From the IMG/VR virus record IMGVR_UViG_2684622582_000005, positions 1 through 8,016 of that record: a stretch of DNA of 8,016 nucleotides; one strand, given 5' to 3'. Below the pieces are notes generated by a model. The model searched no databases. It was not told the origin of the DNA and saw only the letters and a list, made by a program, of their open reading frames with translations. The DNA comes from a virus. Its lineage: Duplodnaviria; Heunggongvirae; Uroviricota; Caudoviricetes. Every line of letters begins with the position of its first letter. Position 1 is the stretch's first letter. Position numbers and translations under genes: made by a program. Positions 1 to 5,689 of the stretch are shown piece after piece.

Positions 1-1284
1 CTACTTTTTCGCCTCTGCAACCACTTTGCTACCCACGCCGCGGTTATTGTATTCCCACATGCGGTTGTAGTTAGTGTCATTCAGATTGCGCTGTACTTCG
101 TCGTTATCATCAACGTTGCCAGTATTACCCGCAAACGGACGATTGGAAATCACCGCATCGGCCCACGGTTTCGCCGTGTTAAAACCTTCGTTGATGGCGC
201 TATCACGGATCACTACCTGACCGTTGGTATTGGCATCAACATCCAGCGAGCGGCCCAGTTGCGCCACGCCATCACCGGAAGCATTGAAACGGCTGTTTAC
301 GGCGAGGAAACCGTAGTAAATGTTGGACAGCGTAGCCGGTGCAAACACATACGCTTCTTGCTGGGTACGGGAGTTCACCACGCGGAATTCGGTGTTATCG
401 AACACCACTGCGCCGCGACCAGAAACGATATCCACATCCCCTTCAATATAGCTGTTGGTCACCAGCGTACGCGGCTGACGATTCGTTTCCAGACGGTTCT
501 GCACACCGCTGTTGGTGACAAAGAAGGTGTTCTGACGACCGAGAATGTTGACGTTATTGATCTGCACTTTGTCGCCATCAGTACGCAGTGCCACCGCCGG
601 ATGGTTACCCGCATCTACGCTATCGCCCAGCGTGTTTTCGATGGTCAGGTTTTGCAGTTGCAGGCCATTGTTTTGTGACCAGAAGACCGCAGAGCAGAGA
701 ACACCGATACTGTCGCTGCGTTTACTCTGGCAGCTATCGTACATATACCACGCCGGTTTACCTGGCATATATTTGCCGCGCGGGTTGACGTCGTGACGCC
801 AGTCGGCAGGGCTCATGCCACCATCAAGGGAAAGCCCAATCTTCACATCAATCGGTTTTTCACCTGTACCGTATAGAGTAATTCCACCCGGAGCGGCAGG
901 GACATACACCGTTCCCTGATACTCACCAGGCATCACGGCAATATACTGGCGCTTGTTGGTACGCTTGATAATTGCCGCATCTACCGCCGCCTGAATCGTG
1001 GTATGCGTTACACCTTGAGTACCCGCCGGGCCGACAACAAAGTCAGGTTGCGCAGGCAGGGTAATCGGGGAAGGATTCCACGCTGCCGCACCTGGTGTCA
1101 GGGATGCAAAATAGTGTTGAGCATCGAAATTCTGCGCTTCTTTTGCCGACAGAATCGGGCGCGAAGAGGTACCAGGCGCGGTTTGATCAGAAGGACGTTG
1201 ATCGGGCGGTGTTGAGCTACAGGCGGTCAGCGTCACGCCAAAAGCCAATGCCAGCGCCAGACGGGAAACTGAAAATGTGTTCAC
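1..1284 (-). CDS. ybhC: YbhC, putative outer-membrane lipoprotein (pectinesterase-like / acyl-CoA thioesterase family); host gene flanking attB-lambda
   Basis: 427-aa ORF spanning 1..1284 on the minus strand. N-terminus MNTFSVSRLALALAFGVTLTAC has a signal peptide and lipobox (LTAC). Length and sequence match my memory of E. coli YbhC, the gene on the gal side of attB-lambda. Start ATG at 1284, stop at 1..3. Confidence 0.9.
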   Translation of the reverse strand: MNTFSVSRLALALAFGVTLTACSSTPPDQRPSDQTAPGTSSRPILSAKEAQNFDAQHYFASLTPGAAAWNPSPITLPAQPDFVVGPAGTQGVTHTTIQAAVDAAIIKRTNKRQYIAVMPGEYQGTVYVPAAPGGITLYGTGEKPIDVKIGLSLDGGMSPADWRHDVNPRGKYMPGKPAWYMYDSCQSKRSDSIGVLCSAVFWSQNNGLQLQNLTIENTLGDSVDAGNHPAVALRTDGDKVQINNVNILGRQNTFFVTNSGVQNRLETNRQPRTLVTNSYIEGDVDIVSGRGAVVFDNTEFRVVNSRTQQEAYVFAPATLSNIYYGFLAVNSRFNASGDGVAQLGRSLDVDANTNGQVVIRDSAINEGFNTAKPWADAVISNRPFAGNTGNVDDNDEVQRNLNDTNYNRMWEYNNRGVGSKVVAEAKK

Positions 1285-1315
1285 AGGTTGCTCCGGGCTA
1301 TGAAATAGAAAAATG

Positions 1316-1421
1316 AATCCGTTGAAGCCTGCTTTTTTATACTAAGTTGGCATTATAAAAAAGCATTGCTTATCAATTTGTTGCAACGAACAGGTCACTA
1401 TTAGTCAAAATAAAATCATTA
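1316..1421. other. attL: attL (B-O-P') of lambda-type site-specific integration; 15-bp core at 1331..1345
   Basis: Host-side B arm TTGAAGCCT, then core GCTTTTTTATACTAA (1331..1345), then P'-arm sequence GTTGGCATTATAAAAAAGCATTGCTTATCAATTTGTTGCAACGAACAGGTCACTAT... as in lambda attP, running directly into the int stop codon. Confidence 0.88.
1371..1421. promoter_or_regulatory. P'-arm protein-binding sites: IHF H' site (TATCAATTTGTTG, 1371..1383) and three tandem Int arm-type sites (about 1391..1421)
   Basis: TATCAATTTGTTG fits the IHF consensus WATCAANNNNTTR. CAGGTCACTAT / TAGTCAAAAT / AAATCATTAT resemble the Int arm-type consensus (C/A)AGTCACTAT and sit where P'1-P'3 lie in lambda. Confidence 0.7.
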
Positions 1422-2345
1422 TTTGATTTCAATTTTGTCCCACTCCCTGCCTCTGTCATCACGATACTGTGATGCCATGGTGTCCGACTTATGCCCGAGA
1501 AGATGTTGAGCAAACTTATCGCTTATCTGCTTCTCATAGAGTCTTGCAGACAAACTGCGCAACTCGTGAAAGGTAGGCGGATCCCCTTCGAAGGAAAGAC
1601 CTGATGCTTTTCGTGCGCGCATAAAATACTTTACACCTGTTTTGCTTTGCTCGACATAAAGATATCCATCTACGATATCAGACCACTTCATTTCGCATAA
1701 ATCACCAACTCGCTGCCCGGTAACAACAGCCAGTTCCATTGCAAGTCTGAGCCAACATGGTGATGATTCTGCTGCTTGATAAATTTTCAGGTATTCGTCA
1801 GCCGTAAGTCTTGATCTCCTTACCTCTGATTTTGCAGCGCGAGTGGCAGCGACCGGGTTTATTGTTATATGGCCTTCAGCTATTGCCTCTCGGAATGCAT
1901 CGCTCAGTGTTGATCTGATTAACTTGGCTGACGCCGCTTTGCCCTCGTCTATGTATCCATTGAGCATTGCCGCAATTTCTTTTGTGGTGATGTCTTCAAG
2001 TGGAGCATCAGGCAGCCCCCTCCTTATTGCTTTAATTTTGCTCATGTAATTTATGAGTGTCTTCTGCTTGATTCCTCTGCTGGCGAGGATTTTTTCGTAG
2101 CGATCAAGCCATGAATGTAACGTAACAGAATTATCACTGTTGATTCTCGCTGTCAGAGGCTTGTGTTTGTGTCCTGAAAATAACTCAATGTTGGCCTGTA
2201 TTGCTTCAGTGATTGCTATCCTCCTGTCTCGGCCTAAACCAAACTCTTTACCCGTCCTTGGGTCCCTGTAGCAGTAATATCCATTGTTTCTTATATAAAG
2301 GTTAGGGGGTAAATCCCGGCGCTCATGACTTCGCCTTCTTCCCAT
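1419..2345 (-). CDS. int: Lambda-type tyrosine integrase Int with an in-frame 48-residue internal deletion (308 aa instead of 356 aa); probably inactive
   Basis: N-terminus MGRRRSHERRDLPPNLYIRNNGYYCYRDPRTGKEFGLGRD and C-terminus ...LLGHKSDTMASQYRDDRGREWDKIEIK match lambda Int. The residue count places R212 and K235 at their lambda positions and maps H260/R263/H285/Y294 onto lambda H308/R311/H333/Y342, which fits a loss of residues 240-287. The lambda BamHI site (GGATCC, about 1580) is retained. Confidence 0.88.
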   Translation of the reverse strand: MGRRRSHERRDLPPNLYIRNNGYYCYRDPRTGKEFGLGRDRRIAITEAIQANIELFSGHKHKPLTARINSDNSVTLHSWLDRYEKILASRGIKQKTLINYMSKIKAIRRGLPDAPLEDITTKEIAAMLNGYIDEGKAASAKLIRSTLSDAFREAIAEGHITINPVAATRAAKSEVRRSRLTADEYLKIYQAAESSPCWLRLAMELAVVTGQRVGDLCEMKWSDIVDGYLYVEQSKTGVKYFMRARKASGLSFEGDPPTFHELRSLSARLYEKQISDKFAQHLLGHKSDTMASQYRDDRGREWDKIEIK

Positions 2346-2541
2346 TTCTGATCCTCTTCAAAAGGCTACCTGTTACTGGTCGATTTAAGTCAACCTTTAC
2401 CGCTGATTCGTGGAACAGATACTCTCTTCCATCCTTAACTGGAGGAGGGAATATCCTGCATTCGCGCACCCATCGACGAACTGTTTCAAGGCTTCTTGGG
2501 CGTCGCTGGCGAGCGTTCCACTCCTGAAGTGTCAAGTACAT
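2323..2541 (-). CDS. xis: Excisionase Xis (72 aa)
   Basis: MYLTLQEWNARQRRPRSLETVRRWVRECRIFPPPVKDGREYLFHESAVKVDLNRPVTGSLLKRIRNGKKAKS matches lambda Xis. ATG at 2541; the 3' end overlaps the int start by 23 nt. The 102-aa ORF in the track is an upstream extension in the same frame. Confidence 0.92.
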   Translation of the reverse strand: MYLTLQEWNARQRRPRSLETVRRWVRECRIFPPPVKDGREYLFHESAVKVDLNRPVTGSLLKRIRNGKKAKS

Positions 2542-2562
2542 CGCAAAGTCTCCGCAATTACA

Positions 2563-2589
2563 CGCAAGAAAAAGCCGCATTGATGCGGC
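2563..2589 (-). terminator. Predicted rho-independent terminator (minus strand) between the 114-aa ORF and xis
   Basis: Read on the minus strand: GCCGCATCAATGCGGC (perfect 6-bp stem, 4-nt loop) followed by TTTTTCTTG. Confidence 0.6.
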
Positions 2590-2658
2590 GATGGTAGGTC
2601 TGGATATCATTGAGCAATGAACAGGCCTCATCGAGTGTGAGGCGGTGTTATTTCATGG

Positions 2659-3003
2659 TTAGTCCTTGCGTAGCTCGCTGATTCTTCTGTAAGTCTCTGG
2701 TGCTTTGTTTCCGTGTATCTTCATTTCAGACTTCAACAGAGCAACGAGGGAATCCCATTCGTTGAGGATTCCTTTGAATGCCGGAACGCGCTTTGCAACC
2801 TTGTTGAATGAATCTCTGATTTCTGGAATCTGCTCAACAAGTGCAACGCATCGTCTGAAATCGGCTGCGTCATGGGGAGCGCCGAAGTGATGACCATAGA
2901 TATTCTTTTTCAGTCCACATGCGATTGAGGCAAGAGTTGCGCTACTGATGCCAACATCGCCAGTCGATTGCCATTTCAAAACCTTCATAGCCAAATCTGA
3001 CAT
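2659..3003 (-). CDS. Hypothetical protein, 114 aa; unrecognised accessory gene immediately upstream of xis
   Basis: Intact ORF with ATG at 3003, preceded by GGAGA 6 nt upstream. Co-oriented with the operon. I do not recognise a family from the sequence (MSDLAMKVLKWQSTGDVGISS...YGHHFGAPHDAADFRRC...RRISELRKD). Confidence 0.6.
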   Translation of the reverse strand: MSDLAMKVLKWQSTGDVGISSATLASIACGLKKNIYGHHFGAPHDAADFRRCVALVEQIPEIRDSFNKVAKRVPAFKGILNEWDSLVALLKSEMKIHGNKAPETYRRISELRKD

Positions 3004-3016
3004 TTCTTGTCTCCAA

Positions 3017-3039
3017 TAAAAAAACCGCCATCAGGCGGC
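3017..3039 (-). terminator. Predicted rho-independent terminator (minus strand) downstream of the 59-aa zinc-ribbon gene
   Basis: Read on the minus strand: GCCGCC-TGAT-GGCGG hairpin followed by TTTTTTTA. It ends about 14 nt before the ATG of the 114-aa ORF. Confidence 0.65.
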
Positions 3040-3104
3040 TTGGTGTTCTTTCAGTTCTTCAATTCGAATATTGGTTACATTGTTTTCATATATGAATAAA
3101 TAAA

Positions 3105-3284
3105 TTAGCTTTTTTCGTTGCCTTCGCGTTCTTTATTAATTTTGACAAAATCGTTTTTACCACGCTCTCCAAATGCGTCTTTAGAGTCGTTGTATCCGCA
3201 ATCGCAGCACACATAATCATCAGACCATCCACGCATTGTTTTTTCTTTTGCAATATTTCCAGAACCGCATTTTGGACAAGACAT
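3105..3284 (-). CDS. Small zinc-ribbon protein (59 aa), CPKCG...CCDCG; possible Ea8.5-like
   Basis: ATG at 3284 preceded by GGAGG with a 7-nt spacer; product MSCPKCGSGNIAKEKTMRGWSDDYVCCDCGYNDSK... The track's 70-aa version starts at an upstream TTG with no obvious RBS. Two CxxC pairs; paralogous in pattern to the 65-aa ORF at 4457..4654. Confidence 0.55.
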   Translation of the reverse strand: MSCPKCGSGNIAKEKTMRGWSDDYVCCDCGYNDSKDAFGERGKNDFVKINKEREGNEKS

Positions 3285-3380
3285 ATCACTACCTCCAAAG
3301 CATGAGAGAGATGACAACGTAACATTGATTGGAGATTAACAATAGATTGCTGATGTAAAAGATATGTATAAGCTTAGCTA

Positions 3381-4169
3381 TCAAAGGGGAGGTTCTGGTA
3401 GTTGCATCCAGTCGGTTACATTGCGACTCTGTGTTTCGAAAAATTCATCACCATTGCGGACAATATCGAAAAACTCTCCGTCTCGATATTGCGCATAAAG
3501 AACGAATGCGCCATCACATAAAATAATTACGTGCTGACCATCATCTGGCATTCGCTCACTACAGCTTATCCAACCATCCGGAGTTACCGGATAGTTGCCC
3601 GATAGTGCATTCTGCTCCAGTGATGCTTTTACAAAACACGCGGCCTGAACTATTACGTCATGAATCCAGCGCAAATCAGCATCGCGATCTTTCTTTTTCA
3701 TTTTTTCGCCACTTAAAGCCTGGCTTATGTGGCTGCGTACCAGGTCTTCATGTAACGCCTTCGCATCCTCAATGGTGAAACCACCAGGCAGGCGAGCCGG
3801 GGTTACATGAGGGTTGCCTTCCCCCTGACTCTGAAGCATGGTGGCGCGGCAGGCGTTCCAGCCTTCATCAAAACCGACTATGCCATTATTTAAAGACGGA
3901 CGAGCATCTGGCACCACCAGTACTGGCTTGGCTATATATAGCGGCTGAACATACCAACCCTTTGATAACCAACTGTCAGCAATGTTTTTACTCCTCGTTA
4001 TTGCCGGAATACCTAAGCCATTGTCTGAATGAAGCCACGCCACCGGCTCTGCTTCCAGCGATGCCAGAGCAATTTCATAAGCCCGACGCTCAATATTGTC
4101 TCGGACGTCCAGGCTGCCTATGCGCTCTTTGATTTCTTTAATCAGTTCTTTGTCGGTGAAAGTGGTCAT
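3381..4169 (-). CDS. Ea22-like protein with a DUF551-like C-terminal region (262 aa)
   Basis: Likely start is ATG at 4169 (MTTFTDKELIKEIK...), with RBS AAGGAGAG and stop-start coupling (TGAtATG) to the upstream ORF. The C-terminus (...WISCSERMPDDGQHVIILCDG...VTDWMQLPEPPL) resembles the W...PEPP ending I associate with DUF551 prophage proteins. The track's 292-aa version extends upstream across the neighbouring ORF. Confidence 0.65.
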   Translation of the reverse strand: MTTFTDKELIKEIKERIGSLDVRDNIERRAYEIALASLEAEPVAWLHSDNGLGIPAITRSKNIADSWLSKGWYVQPLYIAKPVLVVPDARPSLNNGIVGFDEGWNACRATMLQSQGEGNPHVTPARLPGGFTIEDAKALHEDLVRSHISQALSGEKMKKKDRDADLRWIHDVIVQAACFVKASLEQNALSGNYPVTPDGWISCSERMPDDGQHVIILCDGAFVLYAQYRDGEFFDIVRNGDEFFETQSRNVTDWMQLPEPPL

Positions 4170-4182
4170 ATCACTCTCCTTT
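4167..4182. repeat. 16-nt junction repeat CATATCACTCTCCTTT (copy 1) at the Ea22-like stop / downstream-gene start
   Basis: Identical 16-mer at 4167..4182 and 4652..4667. On the minus strand it reads AAAGGAGAGTGATATG, i.e. RBS plus TGA stop plus ATG start. A degenerate third copy (CATATCACTACCTCC) lies at 3282..3296. Confidence 0.85.
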
Positions 4183-4446
4183 TCCCTGAAGCATAGCCGC
4201 GCGGCAGGCATTCCAGCCTGTAGTGTAATATTGCGCATCATGCCAGCTCGTTTGTACATTTGAGTACGCTTTTTCCTCTGTCATCGGCTCGGGTATTGAT
4301 GGCGCTTGCTTTGCTTCCAGTGATGCCAGTGCAATCCGTGCCAGTTCTTCCGCTTCTTCTGCTGGCAGTACAACGTTGCTACCCGGTCCGTATGTTTCTC
4401 GCCACTGCTTGATTGTCAGCAGTCGATCTTTGGTAATAGTGGTCAT
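4171..4446 (-). CDS. Hypothetical protein (91 aa); truncated paralog of the N-terminal module of the 262-aa Ea22-like protein
   Basis: MTTITKDRL... parallels MTTFTDKEL...; shares the IALASLEA and GWNACRA(A/T)MLQ segments with the 262-aa protein. Ends ...KGE with TGA one nt before the next ATG. Confidence 0.5.
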   Translation of the reverse strand: MTTITKDRLLTIKQWRETYGPGSNVVLPAEEAEELARIALASLEAKQAPSIPEPMTEEKAYSNVQTSWHDAQYYTTGWNACRAAMLQGKGE

Positions 4447-4456
4447 TTGTTATGCC

Positions 4457-4654
4457 TCAATACACAAAATCTGTTTTAAATTCATGGTTACATTCTGGAC
4501 AGCATGTTTCGTAACCTTTTATTTCTTCACATGCCTGTTTTGCTCCAGAAAATTCCCAGAAATCAGCATCGCAAAGCAGATCGAAATTGTGGCCGCATTT
4601 TGGGCATTCAGTATCAAGTGATAAACTCCAGTAAGCAGGTGTGTTTTTGTCCAT
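4457..4654 (-). CDS. Small zinc-ribbon protein (65 aa), CPKCG...CCPEC; possible Ea8.5-like
   Basis: ATG at 4654 preceded by AAGGAGAG; product MDKNTPAYWSLSLDTECPKCGHNFDLLCDADFWEFSGAKQACEEIKGYETCCPECNHEFKTDFVY. It follows an Ea22-like gene with the TGAtATG junction, the position ea8.5 occupies after ea22 in lambda. Confidence 0.55.
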   Translation of the reverse strand: MDKNTPAYWSLSLDTECPKCGHNFDLLCDADFWEFSGAKQACEEIKGYETCCPECNHEFKTDFVY

Positions 4655-4667
4655 ATCACTCTCCTTT
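4652..4667. repeat. 16-nt junction repeat CATATCACTCTCCTTT (copy 2)
   Basis: See copy 1; exact match read directly from the sequence. Confidence 0.85.
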
Positions 4668-5081
4668 GATGCGAATGCCTGCGGCGCGTGGCACATTAAC
4701 TTCCACGATGCGCACTGTTGGTTTGTACATCTCAATCGCTGTCAGCCAGTCAGCTCCTGTCATGCGCTTTTCCGCATCGCCATTAGTCCACTGAACCGGT
4801 ACACCAATAGCCTTCATCGCGATTTCTATTTCCCCGGCAATGGCGCTTTTTCCGCAACCAGTAAAACCAGAAACAACGACAAGAACTTCACCTTTGGCTG
4901 GTTTTATTTCCCGAGCTTCCAGTTCTGCAATGCGCTTTTTGTCTGCTTCCCGTTCATCCAGCAGTGCCAGCACAATCGATGGTGTTACCAGCTCATGGAA
5001 AAGGTCCGCGTCAAATCCCCAGTTGTCATGCATTGCCTGCTCTGCCGCTTCACGCAGTGCCTGAGAGTTAATTTCGCTCAC
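4656..5081 (-). CDS. Ea22-like protein (141 aa) with an internal Walker-A-like motif (GFTGCGKS)
   Basis: GTG start at 5081 overlapping the orf73 stop (GTGA), preceded by AGAGAGG. The N-terminus MSEINSQALREAAEQAMHD... and the ...IRIKGE C-terminus resemble the conserved ends of the ead/Ea22-like family as I recall them. The central segment VLVVVSGFTGCGKSAIAGE (nt 4845..4868 encode GFTGCGKS) fits GxxxxGK[ST]. Confidence 0.6.
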   Translation of the reverse strand: MSEINSQALREAAEQAMHDNWGFDADLFHELVTPSIVLALLDEREADKKRIAELEAREIKPAKGEVLVVVSGFTGCGKSAIAGEIEIAMKAIGVPVQWTNGDAEKRMTGADWLTAIEMYKPTVRIVEVNVPRAAGIRIKGE

Positions 5082-5299
5082 TTCGAACCTCTCTGTTTAC
5101 TGATAAGCTCCAGATCCTCCTGGCAACTTGCACAAGTCCGACAACCCTGAACGATCAGGCGTCTTCGTTCATCTATCGGATCGCCACACTCACAACAATG
5201 AGTGGCAGATACAGCCTGGTGGTTCAGACGACGCATTTTTATTGCTGTATTGCGCTGTAATTCTTCGATTTCTGATGCTGAATCAATGATGTCTGCCAT
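5078..5299 (-). CDS. TraR/DksA-family C4 zinc-finger protein (73 aa), orf73-like
   Basis: MADIIDSASEIEELQRNTAIKMRRLNHQAVSATHCCECGDPIDERRRLIVQGCRTCASCQEDLE... has two CxxC pairs about 17 residues apart, the same length as F-plasmid TraR (73 aa), and sits at the orf73 position of lambdoid exo-xis regions. Confidence 0.75.
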   Translation of the reverse strand: MADIIDSASEIEELQRNTAIKMRRLNHQAVSATHCCECGDPIDERRRLIVQGCRTCASCQEDLELISKQRGSK

Positions 5300-5353
5300 C
5301 TTCCATTAATCCCTGAATTGTTGGTTAATACGCTTGAGGGTGAATGCGAACAA

Positions 5354-5375
5354 TAAAAAAGGAGCCTGTAGCTCC
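5354..5375 (-). terminator. Predicted rho-independent terminator (minus strand) between the orf61-like gene and orf73
   Basis: Read on the minus strand: GGAGC-TACAG-GCTCC hairpin followed by TTTTTTAT, about 22 nt downstream of the orf61-like stop. Confidence 0.6.
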
Positions 5376-5397
5376 CTGATGATTTTGCTTTTCATGT

Positions 5398-5679
5398 TCA
5401 CCGTTCCTTAAAAACGCCGTTTAACATGCCGATCGCCAGGCTTAAATGAGTCGGTGTGAATCCCATCAGCGTTACCGTTTCGCGGTGCTTCTTCAGTACG
5501 CTACGGCAAATGTCATCGACGTTTTTATCCGGAAACTGCTGTCTGGCTTTTTTGATTTCAGAATTAGCCTGACGGGCAATACTGCGAAGGGCGTTTTCCT
5601 GCTGAGGTGTCACTGAACAAGCCCCATGTCGACAAGCATAAGCACACAGAATATGAAGCCCGCGGCCAGAAAAATGCAT
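5398..5679 (-). CDS. orf61-like hypothetical protein (93 aa as drawn; true start uncertain)
   Basis: ORF in the position of lambda orf61, ATG at 5679, 10 nt after the orf63 stop. An internal GTG (VTPQQ...) would give 71 aa. Called by position and operon context only. Confidence 0.5.
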   Translation of the reverse strand: MHFSGRGLHILCAYACRHGACSVTPQQENALRSIARQANSEIKKARQQFPDKNVDDICRSVLKKHRETVTLMGFTPTHLSLAIGMLNGVFKER

Positions 5680-5689
5680 TCAGTGGTTG

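Noticed and set aside
259-1316. Plus-strand ORFs of 66-139 aa inside ybhC (259..678, 545..796, 588..788, 1003..1215, 1095..1316)
   Set aside because: All lie antisense to the full-length, well-supported ybhC ORF; they have no convincing RBS and read as frame artefacts.
1419-2345. Possibility that this is the engineered lambda DE3 prophage
   Set aside because: DE3 carries a lacI / T7 RNA polymerase cassette inserted in int. Here int is a clean in-frame deletion with no foreign insert, and the BamHI site is intact.
2323-2631. 102-aa extended version of Xis
   Set aside because: The N-terminal 30 residues are an upstream in-frame extension running through the predicted terminator hairpin. The product from the ATG at 2541 matches lambda Xis exactly in length (72 aa).
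3040-3104. Possible sigma-70 promoter for the 114-aa gene (TTCATA-17-CAATAT on the minus strand)
   Set aside because: Weak match (4/6 in each hexamer), and it lies upstream of the terminator hairpin, so transcripts would have to read through it. Not supportable from sequence alone.
3086-3325. 79-aa ORF overlapping the 59-aa zinc-ribbon gene in a different frame
   Set aside because: The alternative frame has no recognisable motifs, while the zinc-ribbon frame has paired CxxC motifs and a GGAGG RBS.
3381-4259. 292-aa extended version of the Ea22-like DUF551 gene
   Set aside because: The extension overlaps the 91-aa ORF in another frame. The ATG at 4169 has a strong RBS and the conserved stop-start junction, and gives an N-terminus (MTTFT...) paralleling the neighbouring MTTIT... 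ORF.
4376-5150. Plus-strand ORFs 4376..4621, 4504..4794, 4641..5150 and 4840..5064
   Set aside because: They are antisense to tightly packed, coupled minus-strand genes and have low-complexity or Cys/Phe-rich composition typical of antisense frames. No independent support.
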